The notes: a model not told the origin generated them from the sequence alone. DNA of 64,000 nucleotides from Candidatus Hydrothermales bacterium (GCA_039630575.1 JBCNUW010000004.1:56149-120148); one strand, 5' to 3'. Numbered from the stretch's first letter, positions 1 to 10,747 are shown. Numbers and translations are program-made.

Positions 1-2
1 CA

Positions 3-1769
3 TACTGGGTTATACAGAACAATGTTCTGAATACTTCACCCATATGGAATAAGGGAATAAAAGGAGAAAATCAGATAATAAATATAATGGATACAGGTGT
101 TGATACAGCTTCGTGTTTTTTCAGAAATAATAAAATAATTTGGAAAGAAAGCTATTCAGGTTTTTATACAGATGCCTGTAAAGATGGACATGGTACACAT
201 GTGGCTGGAACTATAGCTGGTTATGATGTCTCTAATACACTAAATCAGTTTAAGGGAATGGCTTATAATGCTAAACTAACAGTTCAGTTTACAGGTGATA
301 ACTTTTTTACATGCTGGGTAGGTGCTCTTTATATTCCAGATGATCTTTACAATGCTTTTTTAAATGCCTATAATGTGGGCGCAAGAATTTTTTCAAATTC
401 TTGGGGAGGTTTAGACACTACAGTTTATACGACTTTAGATCAACAAGTAGATAAGTTTATGTACGATAATAATCACGCTGTTTGCGTGTTTGCAGCTGGA
501 AATTCAGGTGGAAGTGTAGATCAATGGACAGGAGCTGTTCTTGACTCAGTTCATTATAGAACTATTGGTACACCAGGTGCAGCAAAAAATGTAGTTACAG
601 TGGGAGCAACACCACCTCCTCCAAAACACGATATATCTGCCTTTTACTCAAGCAAGGGGCCTACCTTTGATGGAAGAATCAAGCCTGACGTAATGGCTCC
701 AGGCGGAGACTGTGGAACCAGTGCTTTAAATCAAGATCCAAATCTTTATATAAGGTCAGCCGATAATGATACCCTATCGTATCCTACATGTGATACAGCA
801 AGCTATCCCTTTATGGGAACAAGCATGGCTACACCAGCCGTAGCAGGAGGTATAGCTCTTATTAGGCAGTATTTCACTGAGGGATGGTATCCTTCAGGGA
901 TTAAGGATCCAAACAATGCCTTTATCCCCTCAGGTGCCCTTCTAAAGGCTATGATAATTTCCTCTGCAGAACAAATGAATGGAACAGATCCCTATGGTAT
1001 AGATTCAAGAGAGGTTCATCCAATACCTGATTCTTCACAGGGTTGGGGAAGGATCAAACTTGAAAACTCACTTTATTTCCAAGGTGATATTGATCGTCTA
1101 TATTTAGATGATAACCTTTCTGGACTTTCAACTGGCTCTTCAAAATCCTATATAGTAACTTCAAATGGAGGAAAATTAAAAGTAGTGTTAGTTTGGACTG
1201 ATTATCCTGCTAATGCTGGTTCAGGGGTCGCACTTGTTAACGATCTAAATCTAATCGTTCAGGGTCCATCCGGAACATATTATGGAAACAGATTCTATAA
1301 CGGTGAGTCACAAGTAGGTGGACAGAAAGATAATAGAAATCCAGTTGAGGTATTTTATTTATCTAACGCACCTCAAGGAAACTATGTCGTACAGGTTGAG
1401 GGAGGAAATGTACCTCATGGACCACAGAAATACGCTATTGTTATTACTGGAAGATTTTCGAGTGTCTTTATAGAAGAAAAAGTATCAGATAAAACTATAA
1501 GTATTAAGGAAACCTATTTAAGAAAACCAATTTATTTACATTCGTCCAATTCTTATCTGATAAGATTTGGATTAAAAGAAAACACTAAAGTAAAATTATC
1601 AATATTTGATATATCAGGAAAAAAAGTAACTGTAATTAAAGAGGGGATTATGGAAAAGGGAGAATATATCCTCTACTGGAATAAAGAGGAAGTAAAAAGT
1701 GGTACATACTTTTTATATTTAGAAACAGGAAAAATAAAATTGAGGGAAAAATTTTTAAAACTAAATTGA
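3..1769 (+). CDS. S8 subtilisin-like serine protease (KP-43-like) with T9SS-type C-terminal domain; 5' end lies outside the window
   Basis: Catalytic motifs DTG, DGHGTH and GTSMATP; frame is open upstream of 87 to the window edge; C-terminus IFDISGKKV...SGTYFL resembles a Por/T9SS CTD. Confidence 0.9.
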   Translation, partial: YWVIQNNVLNTSPIWNKGIKGENQIINIMDTGVDTASCFFRNNKIIWKESYSGFYTDACKDGHGTHVAGTIAGYDVSNTLNQFKGMAYNAKLTVQFTGDNFFTCWVGALYIPDDLYNAFLNAYNVGARIFSNSWGGLDTTVYTTLDQQVDKFMYDNNHAVCVFAAGNSGGSVDQWTGAVLDSVHYRTIGTPGAAKNVVTVGATPPPPKHDISAFYSSKGPTFDGRIKPDVMAPGGDCGTSALNQDPNLYIRSADNDTLSYPTCDTASYPFMGTSMATPAVAGGIALIRQYFTEGWYPSGIKDPNNAFIPSGALLKAMIISSAEQMNGTDPYGIDSREVHPIPDSSQGWGRIKLENSLYFQGDIDRLYLDDNLSGLSTGSSKSYIVTSNGGKLKVVLVWTDYPANAGSGVALVNDLNLIVQGPSGTYYGNRFYNGESQVGGQKDNRNPVEVFYLSNAPQGNYVVQVEGGNVPHGPQKYAIVITGRFSSVFIEEKVSDKTISIKETYLRKPIYLHSSNSYLIRFGLKENTKVKLSIFDISGKKVTVIKEGIMEKGEYILYWNKEEVKSGTYFLYLETGKIKLREKFLKLN

Positions 1770-1782
1770 ATAGGGGGAAAAA

Positions 1783-2535
1783 ATGGCAGGGCATTCTAGA
1801 TGGGCACAAATTAAACATAAAAAAGCAAAAGCTGATATTCAAAAAGGTAAAATTTTTAACAAGCTCATAAGAGAAATACAGATTGCAGCAAAAATAGGAG
1901 GTGGGGATCCAGAACATAATTCAAGACTAAGACTTGCAATCGAAAAAGCTAGAGATCATAATATGCCTTGGGATAATATAGAAAAGGCTATAAAAAGAGG
2001 AACAGGTGAAATTGAAGGGCTTAAATATGAAGAAGTTTTTTATGAAGGCTATGGTCCGGCAGGAGTTGCTATTTTCATCAAAGCAACAACTGATAACAAA
2101 AATAGAACTACTTCTGAAATAAGACACCTCTTTACAAAATACGGTGGAAATCTCGGAACAACAGGAAGTGTAAGATGGCAATTTGAGGAAAAGGGGGTCA
2201 TCCACATAAAAAAAGATATTATAGATGAGGAAAAACTAATAGAAATTGCCCTTGAAGCCGGTGCTGAGGATATAAAATCGGAGGGGGAATACTTCGATAT
2301 CTACACCTTACCTTCAAAATTCTTAAACGTTAAAACTGAACTACAAAAAAGAGGGATAGAAGCAGAAGGTTCTGTCAATATGATCCCAAAGAATCAAGTT
2401 AAAGTTCAAGGTAAAGAGGCAGAAAAATTAATTGCACTACTAAACTCCCTTGAAGAGCATGAAGATGTTCAAGAAGTTGTGGCTAATTTTGAAATGAGTG
2501 AGGAAGAATTCTCAAAGCTTGTTGGAACAGTATAA
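1783..2535 (+). CDS. yebC: YebC/PmpR family protein
   Basis: MAGHSRWAQIKHKK N-terminus; YEGYGP; TDNKNRT; upstream of ruvC. Confidence 0.95.
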   Translation: MAGHSRWAQIKHKKAKADIQKGKIFNKLIREIQIAAKIGGGDPEHNSRLRLAIEKARDHNMPWDNIEKAIKRGTGEIEGLKYEEVFYEGYGPAGVAIFIKATTDNKNRTTSEIRHLFTKYGGNLGTTGSVRWQFEEKGVIHIKKDIIDEEKLIEIALEAGAEDIKSEGEYFDIYTLPSKFLNVKTELQKRGIEAEGSVNMIPKNQVKVQGKEAEKLIALLNSLEEHEDVQEVVANFEMSEEEFSKLVGTV

Positions 2536-2998
2536 AAAAAATAAAAAAATTTTCTTTGTTGGAATTGATCCAGGAATAAAATACAGTGGAATAGCTACTA
2601 TTGATATAAACAAAAAAATTCTAAATCACTCAAAGATAGATTCAAAAAATTTATTAAAATTTGCTAATGAGGTCGAAAAGATTTTAAAAAAGTATAAGCC
2701 CTTAATGACAGCAGTTGAAAATGTTTTTACGAAAAAAAGCCCAAGAGAAGCCTTTAAACTTTGTGAAAACCGTGGTGTTGTCATTTTTTTACTTGAAAAA
2801 AATAAACTTAATTATATTAACGTCTACACACAAGAATGGAAAAAAGCCCTAACTGGTTATGGAAAAGCAAAGAGTTATCAAGTTAAATTTATGCTAAAAA
2901 AATTTCTTAAAGGTAGTTTAAAAGATAAAATATCGGAGCATGAGTTAGATGCTCTCTCTCTTGCTTACTTCGCACTTACAAGATGTTCTATAGAATAA
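2498..2998 (+). CDS. ruvC: Holliday junction resolvase RuvC (start uncertain)
   Basis: GIDPG, VENVF, KKALTGYGKA and DAL motifs; yebC-ruvC-ruvA synteny. Confidence 0.88.
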   Translation: MRKNSQSLLEQYKKNKKIFFVGIDPGIKYSGIATIDINKKILNHSKIDSKNLLKFANEVEKILKKYKPLMTAVENVFTKKSPREAFKLCENRGVVIFLLEKNKLNYINVYTQEWKKALTGYGKAKSYQVKFMLKKFLKGSLKDKISEHELDALSLAYFALTRCSIE

Positions 2999-3540
2999 AA
3001 GGGAAACTAACACTAAAAAGAAATTTCTTTTGTGCAATAGAGAATAACGGTGTTGAATTTGCAATCACGGTTCCATTAAAAGCTATGGAAAAATTACCTG
3101 AGGAAGGTAGTGAAGCAACTTTGTTTATTACATCTATTATTTCGGAGGAAAAAGTTGACCTTTATGGGTTTACAGATGAAAAAGAAAAGGATATTTTTGA
3201 AAAACTCATTTCAATACCAGGTATAGGACCGAAGGTTGCTCTTCAAATCCTTTCCTATTACACCGCTCATGAGTTTCTTGAAGTTTTAAAAAGAAAAGGG
3301 GAAAAAGAAATTTCAAAAATTAAAGGAGTTGGGAAAAAAAGAGCAAATCTAATATTACTTGAATTTAAAGATTATTTTTATGAAAAAGAAGTTGAAGGAA
3401 TTGACATAGAAAAAGTTATATCTGCACTTTGTAAGCTTGGGCTCCAAAGAAATAAAGCAAAGGAATTAGCTATAAGAAAAATAAAAGAAAAAAAATTTGA
3501 AAAAATTGAAGACTTAATTCAAGAGATTTTGAAAGAATAA
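2983..3540 (+). CDS. ruvA: Holliday junction branch migration protein RuvA
   Basis: LYGF, IPGIGPKVAL and IKGVGKKRA HhH motifs. Confidence 0.92.
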   Translation: MFYRIKGKLTLKRNFFCAIENNGVEFAITVPLKAMEKLPEEGSEATLFITSIISEEKVDLYGFTDEKEKDIFEKLISIPGIGPKVALQILSYYTAHEFLEVLKRKGEKEISKIKGVGKKRANLILLEFKDYFYEKEVEGIDIEKVISALCKLGLQRNKAKELAIRKIKEKKFEKIEDLIQEILKE

Positions 3541-3557
3541 AAATTGTATAAAAATAA

Positions 3558-3586
3558 AAGGGGGGACTTTGTACAAATCCCCCCTT
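3558..3586. terminator. Probable bidirectional intrinsic terminator between ruvA and the porin gene
   Basis: AAGGGGGGA-CTTTGTACAAA-TCCCCCCTT hairpin, with an A-run before and a T-rich run after, between convergent genes. Confidence 0.8.
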
Positions 3587-3604
3587 ATGTTTAATTACTC
3601 AAAA

Positions 3605-4612
3605 TTACTTAAAATTATAGTGAAAAGTTAAACTCATATACATGTCAGATTTAGGTTTTATGTTATCTTCCTTGTCGTAGAAAACATACTTAACATTTGG
3701 AATAACACTTACATCTTTGTGAGGTTTCATAGCAAAGGCAACAAGCACAAAGTTTGATGGAGCTTCAGGGCTAAAAGGTGTATAACTTATTTTTTTACCC
3801 TCAGGATTTTTCTCAAAGGTTTTATCATATCTTAAAAGAAAATTAAAAGACTCACTGATGTTAAGCACAAAATAAGAGGAAGCTATCATGAAATTTGTAG
3901 TTTTATCGTGATCTTTAAGCTGTGTTTGATTAACGTACTGCAATCCTAATCTAAACTTTTTGTTTTTGAGTCCAGCAAATCCCTGAATTGTATATTTCTG
4001 GTTGTGTCCTAGAGCATCAAACCAATCTCCATAGACTTCGAAAAGAAAATTTGTTAGATGAAAAGATAAGGACAAGTAAAGAGCCTTCTGCTTGTTGTTT
4101 TCAGATCTGATACCCTCGCCGTTACCAAATGTAAAATGATATTTTATTTTTTTATTCTCTCCAAAACCTCCTTTCAGGCTAAAACCTATATCTCTCGAGG
4201 TTCCGATTCTCTGCAAATCAACTGGAGTTTTTTCTACACTTCGGAAACCGTAATGATCCTCTATAACTTCCCAAGTAGGCGTAGGGGTAAGACCAAACTG
4301 AAATTCAAAAGCTTCTAATTTCCATTTTAAATAGGCATCCTTTATGTAATCTGTAAGATTTTCCCTTTTCTTATAATCACCTGGACTATTCATTTCAAAT
4401 CTCAGTCTTGAAGAGAAATTCTCATTTATTTCGTGATCATAGGTGAAATAAATTCTTCTAAACCAGAAACCGTTCATACCTTTAATTGAATCGTTGTGAT
4501 GCTGTGCCACATAGAAGAAATCAAAGTAGCTGTAACCTGATATTTTTCCTTGAGACATCAAATTTAAAGGGATAAAAGATACCACAAAAAGGGTATAAAA
4601 TAATCTTTTCAT
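3605..4612 (-). CDS. Outer-membrane beta-barrel, probable phosphate-selective porin
   Basis: Signal peptide; FWFRRIYFTY and IKDAYLKW beta-strand pattern; aromatic C-terminus; follows pstS, with SD AGGAGGTG. Confidence 0.7.
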   Translation of the reverse strand: MKRLFYTLFVVSFIPLNLMSQGKISGYSYFDFFYVAQHHNDSIKGMNGFWFRRIYFTYDHEINENFSSRLRFEMNSPGDYKKRENLTDYIKDAYLKWKLEAFEFQFGLTPTPTWEVIEDHYGFRSVEKTPVDLQRIGTSRDIGFSLKGGFGENKKIKYHFTFGNGEGIRSENNKQKALYLSLSFHLTNFLFEVYGDWFDALGHNQKYTIQGFAGLKNKKFRLGLQYVNQTQLKDHDKTTNFMIASSYFVLNISESFNFLLRYDKTFEKNPEGKKISYTPFSPEAPSNFVLVAFAMKPHKDVSVIPNVKYVFYDKEDNIKPKSDMYMSLTFHYNFK

Positions 4613-4632
4613 CTTTCACCTCCTTTTTATGC

Positions 4633-5610
4633 TTAGTTTTTTTCGAGCATTTCTTCAACATTAACTCCAACTTTAGATCCTTTTCCACCAAAAATGGAAC
4701 CTTTTTTTACTTTCTTAATTCTATCTAGTGCTAATTTATATGCTTTATCTGAAAGAGGAATATAACCAACCTCTTTTACGATCTTTTTTGCGTTCTTAAG
4801 ATAAAATTCGAGAAACTTTTTGACTTCCTCTTTTTTTAAAGAATTCACGTTTACATATATAAAAAGAGGTCTTGAGAGGGGAAAGTATTTACCCGTCATG
4901 ATATTTTCAATTGTGGGGGCAATTGGACCTCTTCCATCTTCAGGATCTATCTTAACTGCTTTAAGCTTATCTTTATTTTCTTCATAGTATGCAAAGCCAA
5001 AATATCCAAGAGCTAAAGGGTCACTGCTAACTCCTTGGACTAAAACATTGTCATCTTCAGATGCTACAAAATCACCCCTTGAAGAACCTTCTTTACCAAC
5101 AATTGCTTCTGTAAAATAATCGTAAGTTCCTGAATCTACACCAGGTCCATAAAGGTTTATATCTTTATCTGGAAAATCATTTCTAACCTGCGACCACTTT
5201 TTGACTTTATCTTGAGCTTCTGGTTCCCACAATTTTTTAAGCTCGCTTACCTTAAGTTCATTACACCATGTGTTAGAAGGATGAACAACAACGGTCAAAC
5301 CATCATAGGCTATAGGAATTTCAATAAACTCTATTTGATTTTTTTGGGCATTTTCAATTTCAACCTCTTTTATAGGTCTTGAGGCGTTGTTAATATCAAT
5401 TTCATTCCTTAAAAATTTTTTGAAACCTCCACCTGTTCCAGAAATTCCAACAACTACTTTAATATCTTTGTGTACTTTTTGAAACTCCTCAGCAACAGCC
5501 TCTGTTATAGGAAAAACAGTACTGGAGCCATCTATGTAGATCATCTTTTCAGAAAGCAGAATTCCTTTTATAAGAGCCAATAAAGTGGCTCCTTTTAAAA
5601 ATTTACTCAT
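4633..5610 (-). CDS. pstS: Phosphate ABC transporter substrate-binding protein PstS
   Basis: [22 protein letters not shown] and YFPLSRPLF motifs. Confidence 0.93.
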   Translation of the reverse strand: MSKFLKGATLLALIKGILLSEKMIYIDGSSTVFPITEAVAEEFQKVHKDIKVVVGISGTGGGFKKFLRNEIDINNASRPIKEVEIENAQKNQIEFIEIPIAYDGLTVVVHPSNTWCNELKVSELKKLWEPEAQDKVKKWSQVRNDFPDKDINLYGPGVDSGTYDYFTEAIVGKEGSSRGDFVASEDDNVLVQGVSSDPLALGYFGFAYYEENKDKLKAVKIDPEDGRGPIAPTIENIMTGKYFPLSRPLFIYVNVNSLKKEEVKKFLEFYLKNAKKIVKEVGYIPLSDKAYKLALDRIKKVKKGSIFGGKGSKVGVNVEEMLEKN

Positions 5611-5636
5611 TTATACCTCCTTGATTAACTTTTTAA

Positions 5637-5647
5637 GGAATTGAACC
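5637..5647 (-). promoter_or_regulatory. T-loop-like leader motif GGTTCAATTCC, 26 nt upstream of pstS
   Basis: Minus strand reads AAGG-TTCAATT-CCTT; one of 7 copies. Confidence 0.6.
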
Positions 5648-5675
5648 TTTTATTTTTTAATTTTTAATCTCTATG

Positions 5676-5715
5676 AATTAAAAATTCTTTAAGGTAGAGT
5701 TAAAAAATTGTTAAA
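5676..5715 (-). promoter_or_regulatory. Pho-box-like array of four direct repeats with 11-nt period
   Basis: Minus strand TTTAACA/TTTAACT/CTTAAAG/TTTAATT spaced exactly 11 nt, upstream of pstS. Confidence 0.6.
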
Positions 5716-5723
5716 TATAAATT

Positions 5724-8700
5724 TTATTCAACTAAACTCTCAACGCTTTTTTCTCCGAAAAGCTCGTTTATTTCATTAAAAAAATCTTCATTAAATGGAA
5801 CCTTATACAAAAGAGATTTATATAGCCTTTTTTTATCTCCTAAATTTAAAGAGAAATATAAATCGAATTTCCCCCTATATTTATTTATTGTTTCTTTTAA
5901 TTTCTTTATTTTATCTTCATTTAAATCTGAGTGATTTAATTTCACCACGATTCCCTTTAACTTTCTTAAAATTGCTTCCTTAATTGGTAAAATTTCTTTA
6001 ACTATTACTCTTGAAGAACCTTGTAAAACCTCACCCTCTAAGTAAAAGGGCTCTAATTTCTTTATAAACTTTTCAACTTTACTTTTTAAATCTTCAAATA
6101 AAATGACTTCAAAGGAACCTTCAAAATCTTCAAAATGTAAAATATAATAATTTTTTCTGTCACTGCTAACCTTTGTTTCAATTTTATTTAAAGCCCCACA
6201 CATTCTTACATTTTTAAACTCAACATCCTCCTCTAAAAGATCCATCGATGTATGAGTTGAAAGAACTTGTACAAAATCTAAATAGGGATCTAAGGGATGG
6301 TTTTTAAAATATAAATTAAGAACCTCCCTCTCCCACTCCATAACTTTAATAGGGTCTCTTTCTTTTAAGTTATCACTTTTCGCGAATTTAAAAAGAGAGG
6401 GTGCTTCCTTTGTTTGGAATCTATTTTCAAAGAGATTCATTAATTTTTCTCTGTCAGGCTCAAACACATCAAAGGCTCCAGCCTTTATTAAAGCTTCGAT
6501 CACTTTTCTTGTAACCTTTTTTGAACTTGCCCTTTTAACAAAATCATCAAAAGATAAAAAAGCTCTTTGATTTCTTAATTGAATAATATGCTCACAAGCT
6601 TGAATACCAACATTTTTGATTCCTAAAAGTCCATACCTTATTTTATTTTCATCTTCAACTTTAAAAAGCTTATCGGATTTCAAAATACAAACAGGTAAGA
6701 TCTCTACACCATCTTTTTTTGCTAATTGAACAAAATATGAGAGTTTTTCAATCTTGTTTATCTCACCATTTAAAAGTGCTGTGTAGAACTCTGTTTTAAA
6801 ATTTGCCTTCAAGTAAGCAGTAATATACGAGAGAAGAGCATAACCAGTGGAGTGAGATTTATTAAAAGCATACCTTGCGAAAGAATAGATTTTATAAGCC
6901 ATATCTCTTGCCATTTCTTCCTGAATACCTCTTTCAACCATACCATCAACAAACTCTTTCATAATACTCTCACTCATAAGCTCTTCCTTTTTCTTTCCCA
7001 TTGCCTTTCTCAATATATCTGCCTTTGCAAAGGAAAAACCAGCTAACTCATGGGCTATGAGCATAACCTGTTCCTGATAAACAACAAGTCCAAAGGTCTC
7101 CTTTAAAATTTTCTCGAGTTTATCATGAGGATAACTAATAGGAACAAGACCTTTTTTCCTCTTTACATACTCCTCTGTTGTTCCTGCCCCAAGAGGCCCA
7201 GGTCTGTATAAAGAAAGTATGGCAATAAGATCCTTAAAATCGTCAGGTTTTAATCTCTTTAGTAGCTCCCTCATTCCCCTTGATTCAAGCTGAAAAACTC
7301 CCTGTGTTTTACCTTTTGATAGAATCTCAAAAGTTTTTTTATCATCAAGGGGTAAGTTGTAAGGATCTATGATAATATTTTTTTCGCTTAACATTTTTAA
7401 CGTTTCCTCGATAACAGTTAAGGTTTTAAGTCCTAAGATATCTATTTTTAAAAGTCCAACAGATTCAAGAGAATTCATCTCATACTGGGAGCATACTGTT
7501 CCTTTAGAATCAGAGTAAAGTGGAACATAATCTGTAATTTCTGAAGGAGCAACAACCACACCAGCAGCATGAACTGAAGCATGTCTTGCGAGTCCCTCAG
7601 CTTTTTTTGCATATTCAAAAATTTTTCTATAATCTTCATTTTCATCTATCAATTTTTTAAAAACTGGATTCTCCGAATATGTTTCTGATAAAGTACTTTC
7701 AGTACACTCCCTAGCGAGTCTATCAACATATGAGTAATCGTAACCTAAGACTCTTCCCATATCCCTTATGGATTGTCTTGCTTTCATTCTTCCAAAGGTA
7801 ATTATCTGAGAAACATTCTGTTCACCATATTTTCTTTTTATATAGGATATAACCTCATCTCTCTTTTCGTCTCCAAAATCAATATCCACATCTGGTGGAG
7901 AAATTCTTTCTGGATTTAAAAATCTCTCAAAAAGCAAATCATATTTAATAGGATCTATATTTGTAACTCCTAGTGAATATAAAACAAGCGACGAAACAGC
8001 TGACCCTCTTCCCGGTCCCACTGGAATTCCCTTACTCTTCGCAAAATCTACAATATCTTTTATAATCAAAAAATACCCTCCAAAATTAAGCTTTTTAATT
8101 ATTTCAAGCTCCCTTTCCAATCTATCAATATACTTTTTCTTTACCTCACCTTTAAACTTTTCATTTAAACCCTTATAACTAAGATACTTTAGATATTCAA
8201 AAGTATCATCAAAATCATGTGGAATTTGAATTTTTGGAAGATAAAAACCTTTATCCAATTTAAGTTCTAAATCTATGGTCTCAGCAATTCTAACTGTATT
8301 TAATAATGCTTTTTCATCGTAACTAAATATTTCTCTCATCTCCTTTTCAGTTTTAAAGTAAACCTCCTTAGTTTTAAATTTAAACCTATCCTCTTCCTTC
8401 AAAGTCTTTCCAGTTTGAAGAGCTAAAATTGCTTCATGAAAGTTATGCTCATCTTTTTCAACATAATGAACATCATTTGTTGCCACATATAAAAGATCAT
8501 ATTTTTTTGCTAAACTGTAAAGAAATTCATTTACTATTATATTTTCTTCAAGATTTAGATCCATAAGTTCAATCACACAATTTTCTCTTCCAAATATATC
8601 TAAGTAAGTTTTTAAAAGTTTCTCCGCTTCATCTTTTCTATCCTGTAAAATCAGATGTGGAATCTCACCTTTAATACAACCTGTCATAAATATAAGACCC

Positions 8701-9089
8701 TCCGAATAAGTTTTAAGGAGTTCTCTATCTATCCTTGGTTTATAATAAAACCCTTCTAAATAACCCAAAGAAGAAAGTTTCATTAAATTTTTATAACCCC
8801 TATAATCTCTTACAAGTAAGGTTACATGGTTATAAGGATCGTATCCAATCGAAGCTACCTTTTCTTTCCTTGATCGTGCTATATAGAGTTCAGCTCCAAT
8901 TATTGGTTTTATATTTCTTTCTTTTGCTTTTTTATAAAACTCTATTACTCCGAACAGGGCTCCATGATCAGTAATGGCACAGGCAAACATATTATTCTCT
9001 AAACACTTATCTAAAAGCCGATCTATAGGAGAAATACCATCTAAAAGGGAATATTCGGTATGAACATGGAGATGAACAAAATTACTCAT
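5724..9089 (-). CDS. dnaE: DNA polymerase III alpha subunit
   Basis: PHP motif HLHVHTEYSLLDG, GPGRGS, PDVDIDF, FNKSH. Confidence 0.97.
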   Translation of the reverse strand: MSNFVHLHVHTEYSLLDGISPIDRLLDKCLENNMFACAITDHGALFGVIEFYKKAKERNIKPIIGAELYIARSRKEKVASIGYDPYNHVTLLVRDYRGYKNLMKLSSLGYLEGFYYKPRIDRELLKTYSEGLIFMTGCIKGEIPHLILQDRKDEAEKLLKTYLDIFGRENCVIELMDLNLEENIIVNEFLYSLAKKYDLLYVATNDVHYVEKDEHNFHEAILALQTGKTLKEEDRFKFKTKEVYFKTEKEMREIFSYDEKALLNTVRIAETIDLELKLDKGFYLPKIQIPHDFDDTFEYLKYLSYKGLNEKFKGEVKKKYIDRLERELEIIKKLNFGGYFLIIKDIVDFAKSKGIPVGPGRGSAVSSLVLYSLGVTNIDPIKYDLLFERFLNPERISPPDVDIDFGDEKRDEVISYIKRKYGEQNVSQIITFGRMKARQSIRDMGRVLGYDYSYVDRLARECTESTLSETYSENPVFKKLIDENEDYRKIFEYAKKAEGLARHASVHAAGVVVAPSEITDYVPLYSDSKGTVCSQYEMNSLESVGLLKIDILGLKTLTVIEETLKMLSEKNIIIDPYNLPLDDKKTFEILSKGKTQGVFQLESRGMRELLKRLKPDDFKDLIAILSLYRPGPLGAGTTEEYVKRKKGLVPISYPHDKLEKILKETFGLVVYQEQVMLIAHELAGFSFAKADILRKAMGKKKEELMSESIMKEFVDGMVERGIQEEMARDMAYKIYSFARYAFNKSHSTGYALLSYITAYLKANFKTEFYTALLNGEINKIEKLSYFVQLAKKDGVEILPVCILKSDKLFKVEDENKIRYGLLGIKNVGIQACEHIIQLRNQRAFLSFDDFVKRASSKKVTRKVIEALIKAGAFDVFEPDREKLMNLFENRFQTKEAPSLFKFAKSDNLKERDPIKVMEWEREVLNLYFKNHPLDPYLDFVQVLSTHTSMDLLEEDVEFKNVRMCGALNKIETKVSSDRKNYYILHFEDFEGSFEVILFEDLKSKVEKFIKKLEPFYLEGEVLQGSSRVIVKEILPIKEAILRKLKGIVVKLNHSDLNEDKIKKLKETINKYRGKFDLYFSLNLGDKKRLYKSLLYKVPFNEDFFNEINELFGEKSVESLVE

Positions 9090-9705
9090 TTCTTTTTATT
9101 ATCACTCTCCTTCCTTCTATTTTTAATCGTCCTTCGGCATAGAGTTTAATAGCCTCAGAGTAAATTTTATGCTCTTCCTTGAGTATTCTTTCAGCAAGTG
9201 ACTCAGGGGTATCATCGTCAAAAACTGGAACACACCTTTGAAGAATTATAGGTCCTCCATCAACAGTTTCATCTACAAAGTGAACAGTACAGCCCGATAC
9301 CTTAACGCCATACTCTACTGCTTGCCTTTGTGCTTCAAGACCTTTAAAGGAAGGTAATAGAGAGGGATGGATATTCATTATTCTGTTTCTAAACTCTCTT
9401 AAAAGGGCTCCTTTTAAAATTCTCATAAATCCAGCAAGTACAACAAGTTCAACACTTTCTTCCTTTAAAACTCTTGCATATTCTTCCTCCCTTTCTGGTT
9501 CTAAAGTATGTTTTCTTTTACCAGGGTCAAGATACAAAGCTTTGACTCCATACTTTTCTGCTATTTTAAGTACTGGTGCATTAATATTATCAGATATCAC
9601 AATTTTCATTTCGCAGGGAAGTAAACCCTCTTTTATATTCTTTAAAATTGCCTCTACATTTGAGCCCCTTCCGGAGGCAAGAGCTCCTATTTTTAAGGTC
9701 TTCAT
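9082..9705 (-). CDS. purN: Phosphoribosylglycinamide formyltransferase
   Basis: SGRGSN, LAGFMRIL, NIHPSLLP, SGCTVHFVD. Confidence 0.97.
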   Translation of the reverse strand: MKTLKIGALASGRGSNVEAILKNIKEGLLPCEMKIVISDNINAPVLKIAEKYGVKALYLDPGKRKHTLEPEREEEYARVLKEESVELVVLAGFMRILKGALLREFRNRIMNIHPSLLPSFKGLEAQRQAVEYGVKVSGCTVHFVDETVDGGPIILQRCVPVFDDDTPESLAERILKEEHKIYSEAIKLYAEGRLKIEGRRVIIKRNE

Positions 9706-10652
9706 TTTAATTCAAAGAGAACTCCTAAATCAGGCTCTGTATAAATGAAAGCTAAATTTTTTAGGACTCGAACAATAGCCAAATAAGGTAAATCACTTAT
9801 TTCCTTAGACTTTTTATACTTTGGAAGCCTTAAATCAAAATCACTTTCCTTTAAAAAGTCCGCATCAAGATGCTGAATACAAAAACTTTTAAATAAATTA
9901 GGTACTTCTTCTTTGTTATTATTAATATAATCAAGTGCTAAATCCCATACTTCCCTAAATCTCTCCATTGCCTTTCTGTTGTAAGCTAAGGTAACCTTAG
10001 AGCATAAAACACTTCCGATTACAAAATTTTCTCCAAAAAAATCTTTAAATACGTCCTCTATTAAAATATTTGCTTTGTTTTTAACAAAATATTCTTTAAT
10101 AGGGTAATATATGAGCACAGCACCCTCACTCACTTGAGGCATAACTGTTGTGTATTCAAGAAAATTATTTAAGTTAAAGGCATAATTCTCAACAAGTTTT
10201 CTACCGACCACTCTTCCTTCCATCCTTTGAGAAGGTGCGTAAAATGGAAAATTTTTTATATCGTCTATCTTTTTTAACTTTCCGAAACCAAAAATTGAAG
10301 CATAAGAGAAATCCTCATCAACAGTAACATCGGCAATTATTCTATAATTATCAATTTCTTCCCTTTCTCTTATGAATAAATCAACAGAGGGAAAACCAAC
10401 AACTATATCAACTTTTCCCCTTTTTAAATTATCAAGAAGCTCATAAGAGTAAGATTTAATTACTTCTGGTTCTAACTTAAGTTTTTCAAAAATTTTCTTC
10501 TCAAGCGCAACAAAAAGTGGAAAACTTGCAACCGATGGGAAATAGGCAATCTTTACCTTAACTGTTTTGCCTCTTTGTATCAAAGGGTATTGAATTATAT
10601 AAACAAGAACAAGAAACAATATAAAATTTAAAAGGTAAAATATTTTTTTCAT
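9702..10652 (-). CDS. ABC-type substrate-binding protein (SsuA/NMT1-like), N-terminally membrane-anchored
   Basis: N-terminal TM; VKIAYFP...FPLFVALEKKIF and LKRGKVD resemble SsuA/TauA-type SBPs. Confidence 0.6.
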   Translation of the reverse strand: MKKIFYLLNFILFLVLVYIIQYPLIQRGKTVKVKIAYFPSVASFPLFVALEKKIFEKLKLEPEVIKSYSYELLDNLKRGKVDIVVGFPSVDLFIREREEIDNYRIIADVTVDEDFSYASIFGFGKLKKIDDIKNFPFYAPSQRMEGRVVGRKLVENYAFNLNNFLEYTTVMPQVSEGAVLIYYPIKEYFVKNKANILIEDVFKDFFGENFVIGSVLCSKVTLAYNRKAMERFREVWDLALDYINNNKEEVPNLFKSFCIQHLDADFLKESDFDLRLPKYKKSKEISDLPYLAIVRVLKNLAFIYTEPDLGVLFELK

Positions 10653-10670
10653 TTTCTTTTAATTTTTAAA

Positions 10671-10681
10671 GGCTTTGAACC
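10671..10681 (-). promoter_or_regulatory. T-loop-like leader motif GGTTCAAAGCC, 18 nt upstream of the SBP-purN-dnaE operon
   Basis: AAGGG-TTCAAAG-CCTTT, just downstream of a TAAAAT -10 (10690-10695). Confidence 0.55.
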
Positions 10682-10747
10682 CTTTTATGATTTTAAATCA
10701 ATTTGAAGTTTATTATCAAATCCTTTATAATTTAAACTTTATAAATA

